64,000 nucleotides of DNA from Thermodesulfobacteriota bacterium (GTDB lineage: Bacteria > Desulfobacterota_D > UBA1144 > Nemesobacterales > Mycalebacteriaceae): assembly GCA_965205855.1 (NCBI GenBank), contig OZ242184.1, positions 1,056,001-1,120,000 of the forward strand, written 5' to 3'. The position numbers and the translations under genes are program-made. The notes beneath the pieces are model-generated. The model saw only the letters and a program-made list of their open reading frames with translations, was not told the DNA's origin and searched no databases. Below, piece by piece: positions 22,555 to 32,566 of this stretch (positions within the stretch are counted from its first letter, which is position 1; each line of letters begins with the position of its first letter).

Positions 22555-24333
22555 TTAAACCACCTCCATAACAGTCCTTCTTTTCTCCAAATCCGCCCCG
22601 ACTACCCTAACTTTCAACTCCTGCCCGAGATTGAACCATTGTCTTCTCCCCCCTCTTCTCATCCTCTCGCGCGGGACAAACCCCTCGGAGCAAATCTCGT
22701 TGAGTTCAAGAAACATACCGAACGGCAGAATGCTTATAATCTTTCCCGTAAACACCCTGCCCGTAAGAGTTTTCATAAAATTCGCGGTTTCAAGCCCAAC
22801 CGTATCCCTTTCGGCTCTTTCGGCACTCCTTTCAAGAACGGAAGTCCGCTCGCATATTCTGTCAATAACATCCACCTTTTCCCCTTCTTTTCCTCTGGCA
22901 ATATGGTCAACCATTCTGTGGGCAACCATGTCCGGATAACGTCTTATGGGAGATGTAAAATGGGAATATCTCTCAATTCCGAGCCCGAAGTGTCCGACTT
23001 TTCGGGTTGAATAGACAGCCCTCTGAAGCGATTTCAGCACCATCATCGTAACCGCGCTTTCCTGTTTGCTGCCCTTGAAATCGCCAAGCAGTTTCTGAAT
23101 TTCCCGTCCGGTGGCTCTTTGTGACAGATCGGCATCGTAGCCGAGCTTTCCAAGCTCCGAAATAAGTTCCGAAATTGACACCTCAGTCGGCGGCTCGTGA
23201 ATTCTGTAAATACCGCAACCCGCCCCTTCGCAAAGCCGCATACCCACGGCGCGGTTCGCCGATATCATAAACTGCTCAATAATCATATTGGCAATTCCCC
23301 TTTGAGCATTGCGTATGTCGGTCACTTTACCACTGCTGTCTCTAACTATTTCCGGTTCGGGAAGGTCAAAATCAATCTCGCCGTTTTCAATGCTGCGCTT
23401 TTTCAATCTGTCGTAAAGGCCTTTCATCATTTTCAGGGTTTCCTTTATGTCAGACGAAAGACCCGCGCCTTCGCCTTTTTCCAGAAAAGCCGTAACCTGT
23501 GAATAAGTAAGGCGCGCCACGCTTTTTATAACGCTGTTGTAAATGCGAAAATCCTTCAGGACTCCTTCGGAAGAAAACTCCATCTCCACGGTTTTTGTCA
23601 GCCTGTCTTTGCCGGGAACAAGGCTGCACAAATCGTTTGACAGAGCTTCGGGAAGCATCGGTATGACCTTGTTGTCAAGATAAACGCTTGTGCTTCTATC
23701 AAGCGCCTCTCTGTCAAGGGGGCTGCCCGGTTTGACATAATGGCTGACATCCGCGATACAGACCCATAAAGCGAAACCAGAGCCTTTTTTTCGTATACCG
23801 ACCGCGTCATCGTAATCTTTGGCATCATCGCCGTCTATTGTGAATATGGTCTTTCCTCTGAAATCAGTTCTGCCGTCAAGAGCCTCCGAGGGACGGACGC
23901 GGCACACCTCTTCGGCGTGCTTCAATACGGATTGCGGAAACTTTCCGGGAAGAGAGTATTTATATTCAATCGCTTTCTTCTCCGTCTCAAACTCTCCGGC
24001 CCTTCCTATGATTGTTTCCACACTGACAAGCGGAACCGTCTCTTTGAGCCCGCCTTTTTTTCCCGTGTATCTGACAAGGGCGAGATAGCCGTTTCTCAGT
24101 TTGAGATTTCCGTCTTGTGATTCCTTTGAAACAATCGCGTGGGGAAAGTCCTCTCCCCTTGGAATCAGGAGTATGCCGTCGGGACCGGCAACCGCTTTGG
24201 CAAGAAACAGTTCTGAAATGGGTGATTTTTCTTTCGCGGTGCGTTTCTGTGGACGGACACTCGAACTTCCGGAAGAAGGTTTTCTTCTCCTTTTCCCGCC
24301 CGGCGGGCGGCGTTTTTCTCTGTTCATTTTCAA
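22555..24333 (-). CDS. rnr: Ribonuclease R/II family exoribonuclease (compact form with a basic N-tail)
   Basis: TIDGDDAKDYDDA catalytic motif, HFTSPIRRYPD, C-terminal S1 domain. Confidence 0.92.
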   Translation of the reverse strand: MKMNREKRRPPGGKRRRKPSSGSSSVRPQKRTAKEKSPISELFLAKAVAGPDGILLIPRGEDFPHAIVSKESQDGNLKLRNGYLALVRYTGKKGGLKETVPLVSVETIIGRAGEFETEKKAIEYKYSLPGKFPQSVLKHAEEVCRVRPSEALDGRTDFRGKTIFTIDGDDAKDYDDAVGIRKKGSGFALWVCIADVSHYVKPGSPLDREALDRSTSVYLDNKVIPMLPEALSNDLCSLVPGKDRLTKTVEMEFSSEGVLKDFRIYNSVIKSVARLTYSQVTAFLEKGEGAGLSSDIKETLKMMKGLYDRLKKRSIENGEIDFDLPEPEIVRDSSGKVTDIRNAQRGIANMIIEQFMISANRAVGMRLCEGAGCGIYRIHEPPTEVSISELISELGKLGYDADLSQRATGREIQKLLGDFKGSKQESAVTMMVLKSLQRAVYSTRKVGHFGLGIERYSHFTSPIRRYPDMVAHRMVDHIARGKEGEKVDVIDRICERTSVLERSAERAERDTVGLETANFMKTLTGRVFTGKIISILPFGMFLELNEICSEGFVPRERMRRGGRRQWFNLGQELKVRVVGADLEKRRTVMEVV

Positions 24334-24557
24334 TACACTCCCAGCCCTTGCGGAAGGAAAGTATTAAAAAAACGGCCGCAAAAGGACGCTACCGCCGGGT
24401 TCCGAAATATCTCCACACAAAAACCTTTCAAGTTAATATGGAAAACAGTCTATACGGAATAACCGGATTTCAAACAGACACTTGAAAAAACCACCCTTTT
24501 GTATAAGTTTCGGCTGAAGCGGACGAATTGGGTTTCCAGTAAAAACAGGAGTCGTAG

Positions 24558-24746
24558 ATGCTTAAAACAAACATCCCGGGAAGTATTGCCGTGGTCGCTT
24601 TTATTCTTTCCTTTGTAGGATTCGGCATATCACTGAACACATCAATAAACTGGAGTCTCTATTTTCAAATCATCGGCGCGGTCGGGGCCATTGCTCTTGC
24701 CGTGGCGCTTATCACGCGTTTCATCCCATCTTCGGACAAAGACTGA
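24558..24746 (+). CDS. Small two-TM membrane protein, hypothetical
   Basis: AGGAG RBS before the ATG; two hydrophobic segments. Confidence 0.7.
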   Translation: MLKTNIPGSIAVVAFILSFVGFGISLNTSINWSLYFQIIGAVGAIALAVALITRFIPSSDKD

Positions 24747-24777
24747 AATACGCAAGCAACACAAATACTGCGGCGCC

Positions 24778-26163
24778 CTAAAGAATGATGCGAGGCGTTA
24801 TAAAAAGAATAAGCTCCCTTTCCACCGTTGTGTTCCTTGAGCTCTTGAACATTGCTCCGAGAAGGGGAATTGAAGAGAAAAACGGCACTCTGGAATTGCT
24901 TTTATTGACCGTTGTCGTAACGATTCCGCCGAGGACTATCGTCTCTCCGTCTTCGGCAAGAACTTTGGTCTTCGCTTCATTTCTTCTGATTGAAGGCTGG
25001 GAGCCGACCGAAAAAGTCGCATCGGGAGAGTTGTCGGTAACATGGATGTCCATAAATATGTTGCCGTCATTGGTTATCTTGGGTTTAACTTCAAGGCTCA
25101 AGGTTGCATCCGCAAACTCTGTTTTCGTTCCCTGGTCGGAAACCGTTGAAAACGGAATTGAGATGCCCTGCTCTATCCTTGCCACCGAGTTGTCAACCGT
25201 CATAATTTTCGGGGATGAGAGTATTTTCACCTTGCCTTTGTCCTCAAGCGCGGAAAGCCGTATGTCAAGATCAAAGGTTCCGGCAAGGTTTCCCAGAACC
25301 ACCCCGAGCGACCCACCGGTGCCTCTATCAACAGAAGCGGGCATATCAACTATGAAGCCGTCAGAAACATTGCCGAAAGGTGTTTCTATCTGCGTTCCGC
25401 CGATCTGTATGCTTGAGGGAAAACGCGCTCCGGTTTTTTTGCTTCTGTAGGAAGCACCCCACTGAATGCCAAGCTCTCTTGAGAAATCCGTTCCCGCCTG
25501 CACTATTCTTGACTCTATCAGTATTTTCGGCGTGGGCTTGTCAAGCGACAGGATGATTTTCTCAATACTTTCAATGTTCAGAGGAGTTTCAAGAACCGTT
25601 AAACTGTTTGTTCTTTCATCAACGGCAACCCTGCCCCTTTTTGTGAGAAGTGTTTTAATTCCCGCGGCAATGTCGCGCGCGGTGGCGTAGTTCACAAAAA
25701 ACTGCTCGGAGACGAGTTTCTCGGTTTTCTCAACAATCAACGCGGTGTCCGATTTGATTCTCCGCCTTTTGCTTATGCTCTCAAGCGACGAAATCCTGAC
25801 TATGCTTCCATCAACAAAAGCTCCCAGTTCGCTCTCGCCAAGCACAACCGCAAGTGCCTGATCCCACGGAATATTTCTCAACTCCATATCAACCGTTCCC
25901 TTCACTTCACCCGTAATAATGATACTGAAATTTCCCATTCTGGCTATCTGGCGTATAACCTCCCGCACGCTGGCACCTTTGTATATGAATGTGCCTTTCT
26001 CGCCCCTGTAAACAATACCTCCAGAGCCCAGAGAGGAGTTCCGGAAGTCAAAAGCCCAGAACGCTTTTCCATCGTTCGGCGCATAAGCGGCCGCGGGTTT
26101 TCCACCGGAAATTAAAACCGCGCATGCCGCGCAGAAAATGAGTAATAAAACCTTTGAGCCCAT
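24778..26163 (-). CDS. pilQ: Type IV pilus secretin PilQ (short form, no AMIN domains)
   Basis: Signal peptide; N0 domain (..IPWDQAL..), N-domain (RGRVAVDERTNSL), secretin core (ILIESRIV, LGIQWG, VPFFSSIPLLGAMFK, ELILFITPRII). Confidence 0.93.
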   Translation of the reverse strand: MGSKVLLLIFCAACAVLISGGKPAAAYAPNDGKAFWAFDFRNSSLGSGGIVYRGEKGTFIYKGASVREVIRQIARMGNFSIIITGEVKGTVDMELRNIPWDQALAVVLGESELGAFVDGSIVRISSLESISKRRRIKSDTALIVEKTEKLVSEQFFVNYATARDIAAGIKTLLTKRGRVAVDERTNSLTVLETPLNIESIEKIILSLDKPTPKILIESRIVQAGTDFSRELGIQWGASYRSKKTGARFPSSIQIGGTQIETPFGNVSDGFIVDMPASVDRGTGGSLGVVLGNLAGTFDLDIRLSALEDKGKVKILSSPKIMTVDNSVARIEQGISIPFSTVSDQGTKTEFADATLSLEVKPKITNDGNIFMDIHVTDNSPDATFSVGSQPSIRRNEAKTKVLAEDGETIVLGGIVTTTVNKSNSRVPFFSSIPLLGAMFKSSRNTTVERELILFITPRIIL

Positions 26164-26165
26164 AA

Positions 26166-26591
26166 TTATTTCAACGGGAAGAACTCCCTCCCGCCTCCGC
26201 CGGAACGGGTTTTTGTAAAAACCCCTTTCTCTTCTATATCCTCGATTTTAACCCCGAACGCATTTTGCCCCTTTTCAACCCAAAGCACCTCACGTCCCGA
26301 AACTAACATCGCCAAATTTTTGCCCATAAGGTTTATAAAACCCTTCACTTTGAATTTCCGGGAGATTTTTTTCTTCCTCTCTTTGTCCGCGGATTTACGT
26401 GCAGGTGAAGAGGATGAAAAAGAGGTTTTTTTGTTTATATCACTTTTCCCGACCCGTGGTTGCGGGTCGTCACCGAACTTTAAATGGAAACCGGAAGCAA
26501 CAGCCAATACAGCAACCGCCGCCACGGCATAAAATATCTTCCCCGGTTTTCTGCCGGACTTTGCATTTTCCAAAAGGTTGATTTCTATCAT
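26166..26591 (-). CDS. Pilus-assembly protein, putative PilN-tail/PilP-like hybrid
   Basis: GGAG RBS then MIEINLL (PilN-type PilM-binding motif), one TM helix, basic linker, C-terminal beta-domain (VKGFI..GKNLAML.....WVEKGQ...VKIEDIEEKGV). Confidence 0.6.
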   Translation of the reverse strand: MIEINLLENAKSGRKPGKIFYAVAAVAVLAVASGFHLKFGDDPQPRVGKSDINKKTSFSSSSPARKSADKERKKKISRKFKVKGFINLMGKNLAMLVSGREVLWVEKGQNAFGVKIEDIEEKGVFTKTRSGGGGREFFPLK

Positions 26592-26611
26592 TGCGACTCC
26601 AAATTTTCCTT

Positions 26612-27700
26612 TCACAACACTCTGAGCGCAAGCCCGAACGCAACGGCGGTTTTTGGAGACAGGTCTTTAAGATAGTCTGCGTCAACTCCATCGCACACAT
26701 CGCCTATGGGATCGGAGTACTCAACATCAACCTTCAATATTTCGGCAATAACATCGCTGAAACCGTAGAGTAGCGACCCTCCTCCGGAAAGAACCGCTTT
26801 ATGGGTTTTTTGTGTCTCCATATTCAAAAACATCTCAAGGTTGGATTTTACCTCAAACGCAACCTTCGTTGAAAATTCACGTGCAATGCTCAAAAACTCC
26901 GTCCTTGAGCCAGCACAAAGGGAGGTCTTTTCAGACTCCGCCTCGTCAATTGTCAGATCTCCGGCGCGCGCAATGCCGAGAGTCAACTCATCAGAACTGC
27001 GGGATAGGTCTCTTGTCAAAACGGTTTTTGAATTTTCCAAAACGGCAAAGTTTGTTACGGAGCGTCCGACATTGAGCAAAACGGTTAGCCCTTCTTCCGC
27101 AGCAGGTTTGTTTTTCTCCAGGCTGTTGTAGGCATTTATAACTGCAAAGCCATCGTAATCCACAACCGCCGGAGTAAAACCCGAGCGGGAAAGAGCCGAA
27201 ACACAAATATCAACAGCGTCTTTCTTTGCAACAGCAACGGCAATCTTCTCCGTCTGCGCCGCGCGCGGATGAAAATCGCTGTAATAGTCGTCCGTTCCTT
27301 CCGGAAAAAAGCTTTCCAGATGAAGCGAAACCGCTTCTTCGATCAGTTTCTTCGAACCCGCTGCGGATGGAGGAACCTCCATGAGACTCGTAAACACCGC
27401 GCCGCCAGAAATGGAGACGGCGGCGATTGCGCCTTTGATATCAAGATCCTCGCGCAAAAATGACAGCCCCGAGCAAACGGAATCAAAATCTTCTATCTTT
27501 TTGTTCTTAAGACAGTCAGGGTTCAGAGCGACTTCGGCCGCCTTCGCGGAAAAATCCGCACCGCCGTCTTTCTTGTTGAGAACAACAACCTTTATTGAAT
27601 GCGAACCGATATCAATCCCAACCGCTGGCGGCCTGGCGAAAAGCCCGTTGTAGAGTTTTGAGACCCCGAACCCAAACCCGCTAAACCGAGCGCACATCAT
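26612..27700 (-). CDS. pilM: Type IV pilus assembly protein PilM (actin-like)
   Basis: VGIDIGSHSIKVV, LLNVGRSVTNF, VLSGGGS and AVAFGLALR motifs; upstream of pilQ. Confidence 0.9.
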   Translation of the reverse strand: MMCARFSGFGFGVSKLYNGLFARPPAVGIDIGSHSIKVVVLNKKDGGADFSAKAAEVALNPDCLKNKKIEDFDSVCSGLSFLREDLDIKGAIAAVSISGGAVFTSLMEVPPSAAGSKKLIEEAVSLHLESFFPEGTDDYYSDFHPRAAQTEKIAVAVAKKDAVDICVSALSRSGFTPAVVDYDGFAVINAYNSLEKNKPAAEEGLTVLLNVGRSVTNFAVLENSKTVLTRDLSRSSDELTLGIARAGDLTIDEAESEKTSLCAGSRTEFLSIAREFSTKVAFEVKSNLEMFLNMETQKTHKAVLSGGGSLLYGFSDVIAEILKVDVEYSDPIGDVCDGVDADYLKDLSPKTAVAFGLALRVL

Positions 27701-28477
27701 TTATTTGCTGTTTTTAGAAAGAAATCCGGAGAAGGAGATGACTTTTTTTGAACCCGGTTTATTAGCCGCCTCGGAAGTTTTCGCTGTTCTGTCTTTTTTC
27801 CCCGGTTCTTCGGGGTGGTCTTCAATTATCTCTTCCAAAACCTGGCGCATAACCTTTAAAGCCCCTATAGAGCGCTGCTTCATATAGGGCCTCGCATAGT
27901 TCTTGTCTATAATCTCTTTGCGTTTTCTGGAAACCAGATAGCGCAGGATAAAAACCTGATTGTTGAGCACTATAAAAAGCGCCAGATATAAAAGGGAGTT
28001 ATCCAAAAACACCTTTTTTAGTATCTGAGATCTAGAGGAATTTACCGTAATAACTCCATATGGATTCCCGTCTGCACGCATAAGAAAAGGAACGGAAACG
28101 GACAGCATACCAGCTGCCTCGCGCACGCCGTATCCCCTGTCGGAATACAAACTCCTCGCCTCCCGACCTTCGCTCCCTTCATTTGTAAAAAGAACCAGAA
28201 AAGAGGAGGGAACAACATCAAAGGATTTGAAGATACCTTCCTGACCGTATTTGCTTCTCAGAAATGCGTAAAAATCTTCACTTGTCGGATTTTCAGTGTG
28301 AACAAGAAATTGAGTGGCTTCATTGCTTATGAGTTCAGATGCCACAATGGTTTTGTTTATCAAATTGGATTTGGCGGTGCCGAGCTGGCTGTAGAAAACA
28401 GCGCATATAAAAAACAATATGCCTATCTCTATAAAAAGAATCTTGTAAAGAAAACTTAATTTCCCCGTCAGGCGCAT
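27701..28477 (-). CDS. Two-TM membrane protein with a Cache/PDC-like periplasmic domain and a short cytoplasmic tail
   Basis: TM1, about 130 aa ending in SVSVPF...GNPYGVITVNSS, TM2, then a tail of about 75 aa. No kinase, MCP or GGDEF motif seen. Confidence 0.65.
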   Translation of the reverse strand: MRLTGKLSFLYKILFIEIGILFFICAVFYSQLGTAKSNLINKTIVASELISNEATQFLVHTENPTSEDFYAFLRSKYGQEGIFKSFDVVPSSFLVLFTNEGSEGREARSLYSDRGYGVREAAGMLSVSVPFLMRADGNPYGVITVNSSRSQILKKVFLDNSLLYLALFIVLNNQVFILRYLVSRKRKEIIDKNYARPYMKQRSIGALKVMRQVLEEIIEDHPEEPGKKDRTAKTSEAANKPGSKKVISFSGFLSKNSK

Positions 28478-28881
28478 TTAAGGAATTCTTCCAGAATTTT
28501 TTTGGCTTCGGAGTTTTCATAGTGTTTGAAAAGCATAAAGACCATTCCACTGAAGTCCTTTTTCATCTCATCATCAAGAACCCTGTACAGTTTGACAAGA
28601 TACCTTTCCTCATCGGTCAGAATCTCAAGATCTTTCTTATCTATAAGTTCTTTTTCAATAAACTTGTGCAACTTTTCGCGTCTGGACAAATTCCACACCT
28701 CTGCCACGCTGACACGAAGATACTGAGCAATCTGGTGACACCTCTCGCGCGAGGGAGAATCCGCCTTTCCCGTTTCAAGCTGGTGGATATAAACCTTTGA
28801 GACATCAAGATAATACGCGAGGTCTCCCTGGGTTATGCCTCTTTGTTTGCGCTTGGTTTTTAAATAGTCTCCAAATTTCAT
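28468..28881 (-). CDS. XRE-family helix-turn-helix transcriptional regulator
   Basis: FGDYLKTKRKQRGITQGDLAYYLDVSKVYIHQLETGK; C-terminal LTDEERYLVKLYRVL. Confidence 0.92.
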   Translation of the reverse strand: MKFGDYLKTKRKQRGITQGDLAYYLDVSKVYIHQLETGKADSPSRERCHQIAQYLRVSVAEVWNLSRREKLHKFIEKELIDKKDLEILTDEERYLVKLYRVLDDEMKKDFSGMVFMLFKHYENSEAKKILEEFLKCA

Positions 28882-28897
28882 AATAAAAACCCAAATT

Positions 28898-28952
28898 GTT
28901 AAGTAAATATGCTTAACCTTTGATTGTATACAAATATGAAAATATCTGTCAA
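28898..28952 (-). promoter_or_regulatory. Sigma70 promoter plus palindromic candidate operator for the XRE-pil operon
   Basis: TTGACA (28952-28947), N18, TACAAT (28928-28923). Palindrome GTTAAGTA-AATA-TGCTTAAC at 28898-28917. Confidence 0.7.
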
Positions 28953-29003
28953 GACCATAACTTGTTATCTTCGCCCACGAAACATATTGAAGGCAGGCAA
29001 AGT

Positions 29004-29076
<73 letters not shown>

Positions 29077-29100
29077 GGAAAATTGATGTCATTCTATAAT

Positions 29101-29139
29101 AAAAAAAGCCGACCGCAAACGAATCCGGTCGGCTTTTTA
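29101..29139 (-). terminator. Rho-independent terminator of the P-II/amt/porin operon (bidirectional type)
   Basis: A7-GCCGACCG-loop-CGGTCGGC-T5. Confidence 0.85.
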
Positions 29140-29162
29140 TCAATCAGGTTCCGAGAAGGAGC

Positions 29163-30473
29163 CTATATCCAGTAGAGAAGTTGAAGGAGCAGCGCATGCT
29201 GGTCTTTCTTCAGTCCGCTGTCACTCGGAAAGTATTCGACATCCGCTCTGTCCCAACGGTATTCAAAGCGGGTCTCAAAAACCCCTTTTCCGCTTTCGCC
29301 AAACGGCTTCCATGCAACGGTCGGTGTTATTTCAAACAGCTTCACAGAATCGGAGGTTTCAGAGTCGTCAACATACTCCGCTCTCAAAGAGAGATTTAAA
29401 TCCGAAGCCGCCTGATATATAGCGTATCCGCCCACACCCCAACGAAAGAAGCTGTCATATCTCACGCCTGTCTGTCTAACTTCATCGTTGGAGGGGTTGT
29501 TATCATTACCTATATCAACAAGGTTGCGAACGGGCACCAAACGGCCGTCTTCAACCCATGTGAACTCGAGGTCTCCGACAAATGTGAGCCTGCCGGATGT
29601 CACGCTGCCAACAAGAGTCAGAAGTGTCCGAGTCTTATTGTCATCGTCAAGTAGCGGTAGCAGCGGCGTCAAACTCTCCACTCCCGTGCCAATGTCAAAA
29701 ATACTGATATTACCACTATTATTGGAGTCTACCTGTATCTCGCCAAATTCGGACTTGCCGACATATACTGTCGCGCCGAGCCACAGGTCATTTATAAAGC
29801 CTGCGTCCGAAGAGTGCGAATACGCCGCCTGAAACTCAAAAGTCTTTCCGTCGTCAACTTCGTCAACGGCATCCCAATCATTGCTGAGGCCGAAGGTCAG
29901 GTCAAGTGGCCCCGCCGAGTATGCCGCCCTCACGCCCGAGTGCGCGAACGGGATTCTGTAGAAAAGAAGCGACCTGCTGACATTTGTATTGTTTTTCGCC
30001 TCTATAAGCTCCCAGCCTGCAAGCGTGGTGAACTGCCCGGCGACAATGGAGAGTTCTTCCGTGGGGGTGATTTTCAAATAAGCCTGATAGGGACTTACCG
30101 CACCGTCTCCGTCGGAATTGAAACCAAATCCCAAACGCTCCGCCTGCTCGCCAAAAAGTATGTCCGCCCTGAAGCCGACCTTATCAGCCAGAGACGCGCC
30201 CGAAGCGTTTGCCTCCTTTTCAACAGACAGAGTGAAAGCGTCTATTGAGAAGTTGTTATGCTCGTCATAGAGCCCCCTTTCCGCCGGACAGTTGCTCACG
30301 GTCTCGTTGTCACAATTGAAAACATACTGATATGTTGTGTCAACGGACAAACCTATGCTAACCGCTTCGGAAAACTGCGACAGCGGAACTTCGGCCTTCG
30401 CGGTGGCAACCGCAAACTGCATTGCACCCGCAATCGCAAAGAAACTTAAGAACCTAAAATAACAGTTAATCAT
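29163..30473 (-). CDS. Outer-membrane beta-barrel porin (putative OmpL/bbp2-like)
   Basis: AAGGAGG RBS before MINCYF; signal peptide; GFRADILFG, QAY, AGQFTTLAGWE..N.N.SRS..F..PF.HSG motifs; terminal amphipathic strand LQLLYWI. Confidence 0.8.
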   Translation of the reverse strand: MINCYFRFLSFFAIAGAMQFAVATAKAEVPLSQFSEAVSIGLSVDTTYQYVFNCDNETVSNCPAERGLYDEHNNFSIDAFTLSVEKEANASGASLADKVGFRADILFGEQAERLGFGFNSDGDGAVSPYQAYLKITPTEELSIVAGQFTTLAGWELIEAKNNTNVSRSLLFYRIPFAHSGVRAAYSAGPLDLTFGLSNDWDAVDEVDDGKTFEFQAAYSHSSDAGFINDLWLGATVYVGKSEFGEIQVDSNNSGNISIFDIGTGVESLTPLLPLLDDDNKTRTLLTLVGSVTSGRLTFVGDLEFTWVEDGRLVPVRNLVDIGNDNNPSNDEVRQTGVRYDSFFRWGVGGYAIYQAASDLNLSLRAEYVDDSETSDSVKLFEITPTVAWKPFGESGKGVFETRFEYRWDRADVEYFPSDSGLKKDQHALLLQLLYWI

Positions 30474-30586
30474 TAATACCTCCTTGTAATGACTTGTATT
30501 GTTAAACATAGAGCAAACCCGCCTGCCGAAGCGCGGAGCAACTCAATGAATATTAAAACTGCGAAATACCTCCGGGCATAAAGCGC

Positions 30587-31963
30587 TCAATGGATGTCAT
30601 ACGCCTCCATTCCATGCTCGCCCAGATCAAGCCCCATAACCTCCTCTTCGGCGGAAACACGCAATCCCAGAACCATTTTGATAACAAAGAAAATAATTGC
30701 CGCGCCGATCGCGGAGAAAACCCCGATCGCCGACACTCCTATAAGCTGTTTTATGAAAGTGTGATTGGGGTCGCTGCTGAAAATACCCACCGCGAGAGTT
30801 CCCCATATTCCACAAAACAGGTGAACGGGAATTGCTCCTATCGGATCATCAACCCGAACCCTGTCAAGAAAAATTACCGCTCCAACAACCAAAACTCCGG
30901 CAACCATCCCCACTATCACGGAGTCTCCGGGGCTTATAACATTGGCTCCCGCCGTTATTCCGACCAAACCCGCAAGCGCGCCGTTAAGAACCATTGTAAG
31001 GTCGGGTTTGCCTTTCAGCACCAACATCACTACCATCGCGCTTGCCACTCCCGCGGACGCTGAGAGAGAAGTCGTCACAAATACTTGCGAAATACCGGCC
31101 GGGTCGGCGGAAAGAACCGAACCGCCGTTAAATCCATACCATCCGAACCAAAGCAGAAGAGCCCCAATCGTGGCAAGCGGCATATTGTGTCCCTGAAACA
31201 GTCTGGTCTTTCCGTTTATATATTTGCCGATTCGCGGACCGACAAACAATGTGCCGATAAGGGCCCCCCATCCTCCGATACTATGAACAATCGTAGAGCC
31301 AGCAAAATCGTAAAAACCCAGATTGGAAAGCCATCCGCCGCCCCACAACCATGAGCCGGCTATCGGATAGACAACAGACACATAGAAAATGGCAAATATT
31401 ATGAAGCTGAGGAGTTTAATTCTCTCTACAACCGCTCCCGAAACTATCGTGGCCGCGGTTGCGGCAAACATCGCCTGAAACATAAAGTCCGTGTAATACG
31501 AATAAGAACCGCTGGCATACTCCACAAGACCGGCGTTTCCTTCGGGAGCGGATATCCAAAAACCGCCAAACCCGAAAAACCCCGAAGCTCCTTCGGCAAA
31601 TCCGGGATACATCAAATTGAATCCGCAAAATGCGTATGTAAGAAAACCGATTGCGATTATCATCACATTTTTGAACAATATGTTTACGGTGTTTTTTGAC
31701 CTTGCAAGACCACTTTCAATGCAACCGAAACCGAGGTGCATTATAAACACGAACATTGCCGCCAGAAGCACCCAGAGGTTATTTACAGTAAATACGGACC
31801 ATTGTGAATATTGTTGAAAATTCTCTCCCGCCGTTGTATCGGCAAAGGAGTCGCCCCCTGTAACAAAAAGAAAAACGGGCAATAAAAAAGCGGCTCCAAA
31901 CACCACTTTTCCGCACCGGATTGCAACATCTTTGATAAAACAGAGAAATCCCTCTTCTCTCAT
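30587..31963 (-). CDS. amtB: Ammonium transporter
   Basis: FQAMFAATAATIVSGA, DFAGSTIVH, LWFGWYGFNGGS and DDPIGAIPVH (twin His) motifs. Confidence 0.97.
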   Translation of the reverse strand: MREEGFLCFIKDVAIRCGKVVFGAAFLLPVFLFVTGGDSFADTTAGENFQQYSQWSVFTVNNLWVLLAAMFVFIMHLGFGCIESGLARSKNTVNILFKNVMIIAIGFLTYAFCGFNLMYPGFAEGASGFFGFGGFWISAPEGNAGLVEYASGSYSYYTDFMFQAMFAATAATIVSGAVVERIKLLSFIIFAIFYVSVVYPIAGSWLWGGGWLSNLGFYDFAGSTIVHSIGGWGALIGTLFVGPRIGKYINGKTRLFQGHNMPLATIGALLLWFGWYGFNGGSVLSADPAGISQVFVTTSLSASAGVASAMVVMLVLKGKPDLTMVLNGALAGLVGITAGANVISPGDSVIVGMVAGVLVVGAVIFLDRVRVDDPIGAIPVHLFCGIWGTLAVGIFSSDPNHTFIKQLIGVSAIGVFSAIGAAIIFFVIKMVLGLRVSAEEEVMGLDLGEHGMEAYDIH

Positions 31964-32068
31964 GACTGAATCAGCCCTCCTTGTTGAATTTGATTTTCCA
32001 AAATCTTATAAATATCTCCGAATTATTTTCCAATAATACGATCGATGCTTTTGATTTGCGCAACCGGA

Positions 32069-32413
<345 letters not shown>

Positions 32414-32566
32414 TTACCTCTGGATGCGCATCTTACATAAAAATTTAAAATTTGCAATATAGTTTGAATGAAAAAATTATAACACAGGCGTTTTGCTCTT
32501 TATTTATTGCATCGCGCGATTTCTTAGTTTATTTTATCAAATTCAAATCGTAGCAAAAAATCGTAT

